Part shown: positions 9,309-18,307 of the stretch, in pieces
Layout: each line of letters starts with the position of its first letter
How positions within the stretch are numbered: position 1 is the stretch's first letter
Virus record (IMG/VR): IMGVR_UViG_3300010883_000018
Length of the DNA stretch: 64,000 bases
From: an uncultured virus (IMG/VR IMGVR_UViG_3300010883_000018)
Taxonomy: Duplodnaviria > Heunggongvirae > Uroviricota > Caudoviricetes
Direction: 5' to 3' (one strand)
Made by a program: the position numbers and the translations under genes
Notes under the pieces: model-generated
Told to the model about the DNA's origin: nothing
Database searches by the model: none
What the model saw: only the letters and a program-made list of their open reading frames with translations

Positions 9309-10166
9309 ATGACTAAATTAATCGTGACGCACCCTGGGTCAGCGCACCGGGACGAGTTCATGGCGGCCAGCCTCTTGCTGGCCGCTGGATACGCCGACGC
9401 AGTAGTGCGTCGGGACTACACGGCGGAGGACCTCGGCGACACCGACATCCTGGTCCTCGACCAGGGTGGTCAGCTCTCTGCGGAGGCGAGCAACTATGAC
9501 CACCACCAGCGGCCCCGTGATGCTGCGCCGGCGTGCAGCGTGACGGCAATTCTGCCGTTGCTAAACGTACAACCTCAGACGGCACGGGCCATCTGGGGTT
9601 GGTTGGAGTTCAGTGAGCGGCTGGATTCGCAAGGGCCGTTCGCGACGGCCCAGCATTACGGCATGGAGCCGGATGCGTTGTTCGCTACGGTATCTCCCGT
9701 CGAAACCACCATTCTGCGGTGGTTCGAGGAAGTGGAGGTAGTGCCAGCAGCATTACTCAGCTTGATGACGAGGATGGGCCGTGAGAAGTTGAACTACCTC
9801 AACGAGGTAGTCAACCGGACGGTCATGCTGAAGGGGTGCGTCCTCTTCAGTGAGGTGAGCAATGTCGAGGTAGCGGACGTCCGCTGCATCGGCAGGGATA
9901 ATCAGCCACTGCTTGGCCTGGAGCTGTTTCTCCGGGACGAACCAACGGTCGCAGCGGTCACGATCACCGAAGACGATCGCGGCGACGGCTTGTCGCTGTT
10001 CCGTCGTAATGACGACCAAAGGGTGGATTTCTCGCGACTGGAAGGCCGCGAGGGCGTCGTGTTCGCCCACAAGGGCGGGTTCGTCGCAAAGATTGAGGCA
10101 GGGGTCGATCCCCTGCCAATGATCGAGGCTGCCCTTGTGGCAATCCCGGTCGCAAGGGAACCTTAG
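9309..10166 (+). CDS. MYG1-like (DHH superfamily) exonuclease/hydrolase
   Basis: IVTHPGSAHRDE, VLDQGG, YDHHQ and VFAHKGGFVA motifs. Confidence 0.85.
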   Translation: MTKLIVTHPGSAHRDEFMAASLLLAAGYADAVVRRDYTAEDLGDTDILVLDQGGQLSAEASNYDHHQRPRDAAPACSVTAILPLLNVQPQTARAIWGWLEFSERLDSQGPFATAQHYGMEPDALFATVSPVETTILRWFEEVEVVPAALLSLMTRMGREKLNYLNEVVNRTVMLKGCVLFSEVSNVEVADVRCIGRDNQPLLGLELFLRDEPTVAAVTITEDDRGDGLSLFRRNDDQRVDFSRLEGREGVVFAHKGGFVAKIEAGVDPLPMIEAALVAIPVAREP

Positions 10167-10171
10167 TTGAC

Positions 10172-10325
10172 TGCCCGGCGGGGCATCATAATACGCCAAT
10201 GCAGTTGAGGTTCAATCCCTCAACTGTGTTCTCGCGAATCGGCTGGCATATGTCAGTCGCGAAAGCACCGGTGTTGCAGCACCGGTGCTTTTGTATTTCT
10301 GCAACCCTGCAACATGGAGTTAGTC
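10172..10325 (+). promoter_or_regulatory. Repeated multi-hairpin leader, copy 4 (with extra T-loop-like hairpin)
   Basis: tgccc-GGCG-gggca; cagttgagg-TTCAATC-cctcaactg; aaagcaccggtg-TTGCAG-caccggtgcttt. Confidence 0.9.
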
Positions 10326-10697
10326 ATGACTACTTTTAACCCACGTACGTTCACGGTCGCCAAATCTAAAACGCTTGGGTTTGGAGAAAATATGTTTTGG
10401 GGCGGAGGCCACACCCGGCAGACCCTTCCAACCTGTAATGGTTGGAAGGCCAGCATAGTAAATAGTGAAGGCCAATGCGTACTCGTCGGGCAGCGGGGCG
10501 TTCGCGGCTGTGCTACTGTCGTGGCGTTGGGCCCAGGGGAGTTGGACGTCGCGGTCTACTACGAGTGTCCAGAGGAGATCGCGGCAGCCCTGAAGGAGCG
10601 GGGGCGAGCAGGACATGATGCCTACTACTTCCAAATCCCGGACGTGTCGGGATGCGGACTTAGAGTTATCAACCTGATCGAAAATAATGTCAGGTAA
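10326..10697 (+). CDS. Hypothetical protein
   Basis: ATG after the leader RBS. Confidence 0.7.
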   Translation: MTTFNPRTFTVAKSKTLGFGENMFWGGGHTRQTLPTCNGWKASIVNSEGQCVLVGQRGVRGCATVVALGPGELDVAVYYECPEEIAAALKERGRAGHDAYYFQIPDVSGCGLRVINLIENNVR

Positions 10698-10702
10698 ATC
10701 GC

Positions 10703-10856
10703 ATGCCCGGCGGGGCATCATAATACGCCAATGCAGTTGAGGTTCAATCCCTCAACTGTGTTCTCGCGAATCGGCTGACATATGTCAGTCGGGGAGACCG
10801 GTGTTGCAGCACCGGTCTCTTTTTATTTCTGCAACTCGCTGCAACGGAGAAGAACG
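10703..10856 (+). promoter_or_regulatory. Repeated multi-hairpin leader, copy 5
   Basis: 5' half nearly identical to copy 4; core gagaccggtg-TTGCAG-caccggtctc. Confidence 0.9.
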
Positions 10857-11165
10857 ATGACTACTAGCGAGACGGACGATATGGGGGCAAAGCTCCTCGC
10901 GATGCCCCTTGAGAAGCTGGAGGCGTGCGTGCGGCATTGGGGGGACGCGGACGACGGCATCTGGGCGGGACTGCCCGCAAGCAACCCAATCGCGATCGCG
11001 GCTAAGGCCGCGATCTTCGGTAAGGTTGTCGAAGGCAAGTGGGAGCTTAGCCCCTTGCAGCCGCCAGCGGACCAGATCGACTGGCTGCAGACGTTGGCTC
11101 AGTTCCGACACTTCGACGCCGGGGAGTACCCGGTAAGGTTCGTTGAGTACGCGGGGCTGAAGTGA
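10857..11165 (+). CDS. Hypothetical protein
   Basis: ATG after the leader RBS. Confidence 0.7.
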   Translation: MTTSETDDMGAKLLAMPLEKLEACVRHWGDADDGIWAGLPASNPIAIAAKAAIFGKVVEGKWELSPLQPPADQIDWLQTLAQFRHFDAGEYPVRFVEYAGLK

Positions 11166-11171
11166 GCTCTG

Positions 11172-11330
11172 GCCCTGGCGAGGGCGGTATAAATACGCCA
11201 ATGCAGTTGAGGTTCAATCCCTCAACTGTGTTCTTTCGCGTATTGGCCACCGTGCGGTGGCCGACTGAGCCCGGTGTTGCAGCACCGGTCTCTTTTATTT
11301 CTGCAACAATCTGCAACATGGAGATTTGAG
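11172..11330 (+). promoter_or_regulatory. Repeated multi-hairpin leader, copy 6
   Basis: gccct-GGCG-agggc; T-loop-like hairpin; core palindrome plus T-tract; ctgcaac x2. Confidence 0.9.
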
Positions 11331-11795
11331 ATGAAAACTACACAAAACGTGCTGGTGGTGGTCTTTTGCAGTTTGTTGTTCGTGGCCGGCTACGTAGCCG
11401 GCGTGACGCGGACAAAGGGGGTGTACCTCCCGCGGCGGGACGCCGCTTACGACGTCGGACACGACGATGGGTACCTTGCAGCCTGCAACGACCGCAAGGA
11501 GGCGGAGCGCCGAACCAAAATTGAGGCATTTGATGATGGCCTCCAGTTTGGCTGGAAACGCGCCAAGCTGGCCCAGGCCCGCTGGGACGAGGAAGACGCA
11601 GAAGCACGCGAGCAGGAAGTCCCGCTCGCTGGCGATGCGGCCGACGAGCCCACGGATGGGCAGGAGATGGATGCGGAGGCGGCCGCCGCCATCTATCGCC
11701 GTGCGATAGATAACTACCCGCTGCCAAGCGGGCAGGCTATGGAGGACCAACGGGCACGCTCGCTGGTCCGTGCGGCTTCAGCAGCCGCGAAATAA
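11331..11795 (+). CDS. Hypothetical protein with N-terminal transmembrane or signal segment
   Basis: ATG after the leader RBS; VLVVVFCSLLFVAGYVAG. Confidence 0.7.
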   Translation: MKTTQNVLVVVFCSLLFVAGYVAGVTRTKGVYLPRRDAAYDVGHDDGYLAACNDRKEAERRTKIEAFDDGLQFGWKRAKLAQARWDEEDAEAREQEVPLAGDAADEPTDGQEMDAEAAAAIYRRAIDNYPLPSGQAMEDQRARSLVRAASAAAK

Positions 11796-11802
11796 CCCTT
11801 TC

Positions 11803-11888
11803 ACCCGCTGTGGCGAGAAGCCAGACAAAGGACCTTCGTAGGTCGGTCTCCCGTAGCCGTAACAGGCGTAGGGGCAGCGGGTTTTTTT
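11803..11888 (+). terminator. Multi-branched stem ending in a T-tract (terminator or small RNA)
   Basis: acccgctg/cagcgggt closing stem followed by TTTTTT, enclosing three internal hairpins. Confidence 0.6.
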
Positions 11889-11910
11889 CTCACTTAGGCA
11901 AGGAAGCCAC

Positions 11911-12156
11911 ATGTCGCGCAAGGTTAGCGAAACTACGGATACGTCAGCGATGACTGGCCCGGCCCCGGAAGGGGCTGGGTTCAGTCAGAAGTGGGCCGCG
12001 AAAGCGGTCCGCATGGAACACTGGGAATCGTCCTTTGACGATCACAGTGACGACTGGAGTGAGTTCCGGCTTTTCGATACAGCCGGTAACCTGTTCTCGG
12101 TAAAACGAGTGCAGGCTCATAAGTATCGCAGCGGTCTCATGAGGGCGCAATCATGA
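11911..12156 (+). CDS. Hypothetical protein
   Basis: AAGGA RBS; overlaps the next start. Confidence 0.55.
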   Translation: MSRKVSETTDTSAMTGPAPEGAGFSQKWAAKAVRMEHWESSFDDHSDDWSEFRLFDTAGNLFSVKRVQAHKYRSGLMRAQS

Positions 12157-12803
12157 AGTACGAACGTACGATCGGCTTCTCGGTCATTGTCGGCACTGTG
12201 CTAAGTGCCATCTTTTTGCCTATGACTGTGAGGGCTACAGCCTTCACAGTCGTAGGCGTCGGGTTGATGGCGGTGTGGGCTTTCCGCACCGCCGACGCAG
12301 GTACCACCGTTGGCTTCAACGGTGGTACCTGGAAGTACCGGGGCCACCTCGTGGGTAGCCCCTTCGACACGACGGCGACAAATCGTTTTTTAGTGCAATT
12401 GTCACAGATTGTGGCAAAGTCGCTAGAGGGCGGTTCGTATCCGGATGGCTCCGCGATTGTGTCTCCTGTCGCGGAGCAGTCGGAAGAGGAGGAGCGTAGT
12501 CAGGAATCACCCGCCACAGGTGATCCCGTAACGACGACGCCCGAGCTGGCGGCCGCTGTGCCGCTAGCAAAAGAGCCAGCGGCCACTGTGCCGCTAGCAA
12601 AAGAGCCGGCGGCTACTGTGCCGCTAGCAAAAGCTCCTAAGCGGGACGCAGCACCTGAGCCTTGTGCTTATGGGTGTGGAAATCCTTCTAGTCGGCTGTG
12701 CGAGACTAGCGATGGTGCAGAAGTGAACATGTGCGAAGCATGTTACACTGTTGTAACCGACGTGTCGGCTGCCGTCGCGCAGGAGCTTCAATTAACCCCT
12801 TAG
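12153..12803 (+). CDS. Hypothetical membrane protein with AATVPLAKEP repeats and a C-terminal Cys cluster
   Basis: Two hydrophobic helices; 30-bp repeat x3 at about 12549-12634. Confidence 0.7.
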   Translation: MKYERTIGFSVIVGTVLSAIFLPMTVRATAFTVVGVGLMAVWAFRTADAGTTVGFNGGTWKYRGHLVGSPFDTTATNRFLVQLSQIVAKSLEGGSYPDGSAIVSPVAEQSEEEERSQESPATGDPVTTTPELAAAVPLAKEPAATVPLAKEPAATVPLAKAPKRDAAPEPCAYGCGNPSSRLCETSDGAEVNMCEACYTVVTDVSAAVAQELQLTP

Positions 12804-12813
12804 GGGGTCGCGT

Positions 12814-12884
12814 AGGGGATCGGTATACGATCTTACCTTTGGAAACTGCCTTTTTCATTGGTTTGATTCGTATACCGATCCCCT
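12814..12884. repeat. Perfect 17-bp inverted repeat with 37-nt spacer
   Basis: aggggatcggtatacga (12814-12830) / tcgtataccgatcccct (12868-12884). Confidence 0.9.
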
Positions 12885-12953
12885 TTATTCTTCCTATTAG
12901 CACTAAGATCTTCTCCTTTCCTTAGCTATCAGCAATACACAAAGGAACAACGT

Positions 12954-13253
12954 ATGCTTCAAGTCAACATGGAAAAATCCGGCGAACTCGGCGGCGGTAT
13001 CGGTGAGACCAAATTTTTAGTGGTTATCGATTCGCCCGATCGCGAAGAGGTGGAAGGTGCGGAAGCGCGTCGCTTGGCATTGGACACCGCCAGTCGCAAC
13101 GGTTTTGGTAACGCGGGACTGACCGATAACCCACTTATCGGTGCTGTCGATTCCGAAACCGGCGAGATGGTCAACATCACGGATCCCACCAAGATGGCCG
13201 AGTTGCGCGTGAGCGGGTACCGCGCAGAGTTCACACTCGCCCGGCGGCTGTAA
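12954..13253 (+). CDS. Hypothetical protein
   Basis: AAGGA RBS; TAATG coupling to the next gene. Confidence 0.7.
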   Translation: MLQVNMEKSGELGGGIGETKFLVVIDSPDREEVEGAEARRLALDTASRNGFGNAGLTDNPLIGAVDSETGEMVNITDPTKMAELRVSGYRAEFTLARRL

Positions 13254-13747
13254 TGCGTACGCTTGAAAAGGTGATGCACGATTTCCCGGGCGTGGGTGAC
13301 TTACCTACGATCAACGTGCGTTACAGTCTGGCTGTGCGCGCTAGTGCGGGCGCCCACTCACCTGCCGCGTTGAATTACGACACAGAGATCTCGATTGCGA
13401 CGCAAACATTACTTTACGTCACGCATAAATTGATAGCAGACCGCTACAAGGATGGGCAGATCAACTGGCTCTGTATGACGTTCGGTGAGTGGTTATTGAA
13501 TGTCGAACCCAATGCTGAGATCCCGCGTATTTTAGTCATTGCGGACGACAAGTACGTCTCGCCTAGCGGCGGGGTGCCGAACCGGGAGGCACCATCCAGG
13601 TACTGGGATTTGCACACAGGGCAGCTGGCCCAATTGCCTTTGTCCGTTGTTAAAGGCGTGACTTATAATATCACGGAGATGGCGACGCGGTTGGATCGCC
13701 AGCGGAAATACGAGGAGCAACGGAATGTTGGTTCAAGCGACGACTGA
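13253..13747 (+). CDS. Hypothetical protein (3' end duplicated downstream)
   Basis: Translationally coupled ORF; its 3' region is repeated at 14221-14293. Confidence 0.7.
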   Translation: MRTLEKVMHDFPGVGDLPTINVRYSLAVRASAGAHSPAALNYDTEISIATQTLLYVTHKLIADRYKDGQINWLCMTFGEWLLNVEPNAEIPRILVIADDKYVSPSGGVPNREAPSRYWDLHTGQLAQLPLSVVKGVTYNITEMATRLDRQRKYEEQRNVGSSDD

Positions 13748-13750
13748 CGC

Positions 13751-13823
13751 CGCGAAATCACATGTAGTGATCGACTGAAACCCAGTGCTGCAGCACTGGG
13801 ACTTTTTATCGGGAGGCTTGAGG
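13751..13823 (+). promoter_or_regulatory. Diverged leader copy 7
   Basis: atcac-ATGTA-gtgat; cccagtg-CTGCAG-cactggg-acTTTTT; GGAGG. Confidence 0.8.
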
Positions 13824-14213
13824 ATGAGATTAGTTGATCGACATACACTGATGGAGTTACCCGCGGGTACGGTGTACGTAGAGTACATGCCGAAAATCTT
13901 GAAGTCGCTAATGATCAAAGGAGATACATGTCGAGATGAAAACGACAGGGCGATTGACTGGTTCGAAAGCGACTTAGGTCCGAGAGTAGGTCACGGAGAG
14001 GAGTTTTTGTTAGACAGCTGCATTTGCCGTGAAGGTTGCTTCGACAGCGGGAACCGGTACCTGGTTCTTGAATTGCATGATGTTAACGTCATGATTGCCA
14101 AACTCCAGGGTGCCTATCCGATTGGCATGACTGATCCTCGGGATGTCAGTCTGCCAATTGTGGATTCAGGCGACGATGACGTGTATTTAGCAGATACGAA
14201 AGATATCAGGTAA
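13824..14213 (+). CDS. Hypothetical protein (cargo of the insert)
   Basis: ATG after GGAGG; lies between the 73-bp direct repeats. Confidence 0.7.
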   Translation: MRLVDRHTLMELPAGTVYVEYMPKILKSLMIKGDTCRDENDRAIDWFESDLGPRVGHGEEFLLDSCICREGCFDSGNRYLVLELHDVNVMIAKLQGAYPIGMTDPRDVSLPIVDSGDDDVYLADTKDIR

Positions 14214-14290
14214 GCGTGGCGGCGTGACTTATAATATCACGGAGATGGCGACGCGGTTGGATCGCCAGCGGAAATACGAGGAGCAACGGA

Positions 14291-15010
14291 ATGCGACTGC
14301 AGGTCAAGGAACAGGCAGCGAAACTGGGTGACCCCAGCAGCCTAGCGACCACACTACTGATAATCGCAGCCGATGGGTTAGACGGTGAATTCCTAACATG
14401 GGATCCCGAGACAATCCGCCGCGAGCTGCAGGACACATTCCAGACCGAGCTACCGCCAGCCAATTTCAATAAACTGATGGCGGCTGTGCAATTGATTACA
14501 ACGGACGGCTTCTACCAGGATTTGCCGGACTTCATTGCGATCTGTAATACTCTCTACAACGGTACATTTAACCCGACCACATTCGATCCTGCCGATGCAG
14601 GCGAAATCGCGTGGGGTATTACAGAGTCGTTACTCATTTGGCCGCCGGACCCTAAAGAAGAGAACCCGTTCACTGACGAGATACTGGCGTACATCGGTAA
14701 GGCCATACGTGATGAAGGCATCATGATACCGCCGGATGTTCTCCGGTTAGGGCTACCTGGTGGCCAGGATATGTGGAGCCAGGTGCAAGGTACGTTCTCT
14801 GACGACCCAGCCATGTTTGGCGCTATCTATGAAGTGGAAAAATCGAAGACCGCTGAGATCAACCAAATGGTTAAGGCGAGGCTACGTGCCTTACTGGAAC
14901 AGTTAGATGGCCTGCAGTTGGCTGATGGTGATGCGAGATCACTAGCTGTCGATATGTTGCAAGCACTGCAGCAGAAGGCAAAAGCCAGCGACAAACTACG
15001 GCCTACGTGA
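14291..15010 (+). CDS. Hypothetical phage protein
   Basis: 239-aa ORF with GAGGAG RBS. Confidence 0.75.
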   Translation: MRLQVKEQAAKLGDPSSLATTLLIIAADGLDGEFLTWDPETIRRELQDTFQTELPPANFNKLMAAVQLITTDGFYQDLPDFIAICNTLYNGTFNPTTFDPADAGEIAWGITESLLIWPPDPKEENPFTDEILAYIGKAIRDEGIMIPPDVLRLGLPGGQDMWSQVQGTFSDDPAMFGAIYEVEKSKTAEINQMVKARLRALLEQLDGLQLADGDARSLAVDMLQALQQKAKASDKLRPT

Positions 15011-15052
15011 ACGTCAGCGTGGGCTCCGTAGTCTAATAGACAGGAGAACACT

Positions 15053-16039
15053 ATGACTACATCGGATGCACCACAACCTAGCGGGCGAATGCCGCGACCT
15101 GACGCCGTGACCAACCAGGATGCCCGTCGCGATGACGCAGAAAATCCGCAATACGCGCGAACTATAAGGGTTAGGCTTCCTGTTCCCGTCACCTGGTGCC
15201 GCCAGGTTGATTCGGTACATCCTTCGGCGAACAACGTCCAAGGCTATGTCGGTAGGTACGTGGGCAATGCAGGTACCCAATCACCGGTGCAGCTTCGTGT
15301 AGGCGCTGTCTGTGTGTTATGCACTGCTGACGGGCATAGGTTGCTGGTTTATGTTTTGCTGCCCGACGGCCTCTGGTATCGTACTCAACGTCCGGCACTG
15401 CAGTGGGAAACTGGATGGGCTCGACTGCTACGGGATCACGTACGGGATTGGGTTTCGCTATCACGCGACCAGCGTATCATACGTGCCTGCAGCGAGATGA
15501 CTGACGAACTAACTGCAGCAAGGCTTGAAGTGCCTGATGACATCGATAAGCAACAGGTACTCGACAATGCCATGGTCCATGTTGAATCAATCGTCCAGGG
15601 GGTTGTAGGCGATGTGACGGAGCTGACCGCAGACCTGGTCATGCGTTCCTTTGATGCGTGGGCGAGTAGCGTAAGTACGCAATCCCACCAAACGCGGGGA
15701 GACGTCATCAATGCACTCACTGATGCGCTAGAGCGGGAAAATGGATTAATAGAACCAGAAGAAATTACAATCAGGTCGCTCGATCGCTTAATAGACATAC
15801 TGGATTCCGAAGGTCTATTGGAGCCGGGCGTAGAAATGGCGACCACCAATCCGATACGAAATGCGAGACGTGCGGTAGTCAAAGTGACTCAAGCACTTGA
15901 CCGCGCCGAGAGGACATACGTCAACCAGTTGGCCGCTATAGATAGGGCGGCCATCACGGAAGACACTGCAGCACCCGCGATACCAGCGAATGGGATGCAA
16001 CGACTAGCGAGAAACATACGGCTAAACAGGAGAAGCTAA
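15053..16039 (+). CDS. Hypothetical protein
   Basis: AGGAG RBS; coupled to the AAA gene. Confidence 0.75.
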   Translation: MTTSDAPQPSGRMPRPDAVTNQDARRDDAENPQYARTIRVRLPVPVTWCRQVDSVHPSANNVQGYVGRYVGNAGTQSPVQLRVGAVCVLCTADGHRLLVYVLLPDGLWYRTQRPALQWETGWARLLRDHVRDWVSLSRDQRIIRACSEMTDELTAARLEVPDDIDKQQVLDNAMVHVESIVQGVVGDVTELTADLVMRSFDAWASSVSTQSHQTRGDVINALTDALERENGLIEPEEITIRSLDRLIDILDSEGLLEPGVEMATTNPIRNARRAVVKVTQALDRAERTYVNQLAAIDRAAITEDTAAPAIPANGMQRLARNIRLNRRS

Positions 16040-17820
16040 TGACTTCAGGTGGTAAATTTAGACAACAGTTCTGCGACAAAATTGATTCCGGCAGCAATGT
16101 CATTTGGATCTATGCGGCAGGTGATGAAGGCCGCTGCGAGCGAATGCTCAAGCAAATCTGTGAAGGAGAATACGACCGCGAGAATACGCTAATCGTCCCG
16201 GGTATCGGATTGAAACTGCGGACCTTCGACGTCGTCAACGGCGCCGACTGGAATCCGGAACTCAAGGATCCCCTGGCAGCGATGCAGGCAGTCACCACAG
16301 ATTATTTCCCAGGTACGACTAAAGAGTCGTCGATCAAAGAAGTAGCAGTCCTCATACGGGACTTGCACCTACTACTCAATGCGCAAGCGAACTTCGGCCT
16401 GCGTCGTTGCCTGGCTGAACTGTGCAAGCAAAACGGTTTCTGTAATCACAAGTTCACACGACCGTTGATCATCATTGCGGATACACCCACCCCGTACGCG
16501 GACATCAAAGACTACTGCGATGTACTGGATTTCGAGCTGCCCACCTTCGAGGAGATGCGGCAAGACGTGGTGGAATGGGTGCAGGACTCCATTCGGCGGA
16601 CCAACAAAGAAGAGGGAGTTACAGGCGCCAAAGCGCGGGCTGCAGAGTGCAGCGAGGATCTTAAAGATCGATTAACCTCTTCCTTGCTGGGCATGGGCAG
16701 CGAAGAAGCCCAACGCGTGCTATCGTCTGCAGCAACTGTAACCGGCGGAATGACTGAGGACATCCTGCCAATGATTGCGGAAGAGACTGCCAAGGTTATC
16801 CGTAAGATTGAGGGGCTGACCTTTATCCCCCAAACTACGATCCGCGACGAAACGACAATTGCCGGCTTCGAGGTACTCCGGGAATTCATACACACACGCG
16901 CTCGATCCTTTTCACGACATGCGCAGCAAGAGGGTGTACCGCGACCGCGGGGTATCGTGCTGGTCGGACCTCCTGGTACGGGTAAGTCGATGGTCGCCAA
17001 AACCATCAGCAAGATCCTGGGGTTGGACCTGATCATGCTCGACATCGGTTCGATGTACGACAGCCTGGTGGGTTCGTCTGAAAAGCGGATCCGCAGCGCG
17101 TTGCAAATGGTGTCGGCTAAAAAGAACTGCGTACTGATGGTCGATGAGATCGACAAGGCACTTAGCGGTGCCCACCAGAGTGCAGGTTCGGACAGCGGCG
17201 TCAGTAGCCGGTTGTTAAGTTACTTCCTCAACTGGCTGTCTGAACGGGACATGACGGCCCAAAATGACAATCGCACCTTTGTGGTTGTCACCATGAACCG
17301 TACTACGGGTGTACCTCCCGAGATGCTGCGAGCCGGTCGTTTTGACCGTGTCTTCAGCACCGACCTTCCCGACGATGACGAGCGGGCATCACACATCAAT
17401 ATTCAACTCGAGCGGAATGGTGTGGACCCAGCAACCTACGGCAACTCGCTGAAGTCGCTGATCACACCAACAATGAATTTCTCCGGGGCTGAGTTGGAAG
17501 AGGTGATCATTGCCGCGAGGCATCGCAGTTACGCTGCGGCCATGCAACACTGGGAAGAAGCCGGTGGTAGTCAGGGCACCGAGCCCAGCGGTAAGTCACT
17601 GTGGCCTACTATCGATGACTTGGTGGCGGCCGCACACGAAATCGTGCCGTTGGCCAAGCTGGATTCAGAAGCTGTGGATGAGATCCGCAAGTTCTGCAAG
17701 GAACGCACTACACCGGTAACGGGTCAGCACGTACACGGCGGGCGTCAAACCCGGGCAGCCCGTAAAATCAGAACCCGGGCGGACGCCCCGGCTGCCGCGG
17801 ACGATTTCGCCGGCAACTAA
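16039..17820 (+). CDS. AAA+ ATPase, Ycf46-like
   Basis: Walker A GPPGTGKS, Walker B LMVDEIDK, PPEMLRAGRFD, FSGAELE. Confidence 0.92.
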   Translation: MTSGGKFRQQFCDKIDSGSNVIWIYAAGDEGRCERMLKQICEGEYDRENTLIVPGIGLKLRTFDVVNGADWNPELKDPLAAMQAVTTDYFPGTTKESSIKEVAVLIRDLHLLLNAQANFGLRRCLAELCKQNGFCNHKFTRPLIIIADTPTPYADIKDYCDVLDFELPTFEEMRQDVVEWVQDSIRRTNKEEGVTGAKARAAECSEDLKDRLTSSLLGMGSEEAQRVLSSAATVTGGMTEDILPMIAEETAKVIRKIEGLTFIPQTTIRDETTIAGFEVLREFIHTRARSFSRHAQQEGVPRPRGIVLVGPPGTGKSMVAKTISKILGLDLIMLDIGSMYDSLVGSSEKRIRSALQMVSAKKNCVLMVDEIDKALSGAHQSAGSDSGVSSRLLSYFLNWLSERDMTAQNDNRTFVVVTMNRTTGVPPEMLRAGRFDRVFSTDLPDDDERASHINIQLERNGVDPATYGNSLKSLITPTMNFSGAELEEVIIAARHRSYAAAMQHWEEAGGSQGTEPSGKSLWPTIDDLVAAAHEIVPLAKLDSEAVDEIRKFCKERTTPVTGQHVHGGRQTRAARKIRTRADAPAAADDFAGN

Positions 17821-17866
17821 AACTGTTTGATATACTTGGACACTGTTCAGCAAAGAAGGAGACCGC

Positions 17867-18307
17867 ATGTCGCATACGGTAAAACGTCAATCTCAACTAG
17901 TTGATCGCGCGATTATCGAGAAGGCTGTATCTCGCATCGACGGCGCGAAAGTACTCGGTGTGGGTACCGTCAAGATGTACTCCAGCAGTGCCACGGGGTT
18001 GCGGGTGCAGCTGCCGGGTTGGAAGTATCCGTTGGTCATCGAGGAGGCGACTGGCGAGTTGAAGTTCGACACCTACAAAGGCCAATGGGGTGACGAGAAG
18101 TACCTGCAAGATCTACAGCAGGGCTACCCGATCGAATTGGCCAAGAGCATTCACGAGCCCCAGGGCCACAAGATCACGGAGCTGCCGTTGGAAAATGGCG
18201 ACATCAGGGTCACCATCAAGGTCGGCGGCGGTTATGCCGTCGACGGCGGAGATAGCCCAGGACCGTCGGCTGGCGGTTACGGCGTGGCTGGTCCTGGTGG
18301 AGAGTAA
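17867..18307 (+). CDS. DUF1257 (Ycf35-like) protein
   Basis: MSH start; LPGWKYPLVI...GELKFDTYKGQWGD; typical position after the AAA gene. Confidence 0.75.
   Translation: MSHTVKRQSQLVDRAIIEKAVSRIDGAKVLGVGTVKMYSSSATGLRVQLPGWKYPLVIEEATGELKFDTYKGQWGDEKYLQDLQQGYPIELAKSIHEPQGHKITELPLENGDIRVTIKVGGGYAVDGGDSPGPSAGGYGVAGPGGE

Larger units (their letters stand above)
13655..14293 (+). repeat. 73-bp direct repeats (13655-13727 and 14221-14293) flanking a leader-plus-gene insert
   Basis: ggcgtgacttataatatcacggagatggcg...gaggagcaacggaatg is identical in both copies. Confidence 0.95.

Noticed and set aside
10197..10232. tRNA gene at the GGTTCAATCCC motif (also near 10740 and 11210)
   Set aside because: No D-arm or anticodon arm is present; it is a single hairpin.
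6766..11330. CRISPR array or classical integron attC sites
   Set aside because: The intervals between repeats are whole genes. I found no RYYYAAC...GTTRRRY box arrangement and no tyrosine integrase in the window.
6240..12810. Similar cc(t)ttagggg(g)tcg words at both ends of the accessory island as att sites
   Set aside because: The match is short and imperfect, so it could be chance.
6826..13823. ORF-track N-termini reading MLQHR...
   Set aside because: These are translations of the repeated leader palindrome. True starts follow the RBS at 6883, 7452, 11331 and 13824.
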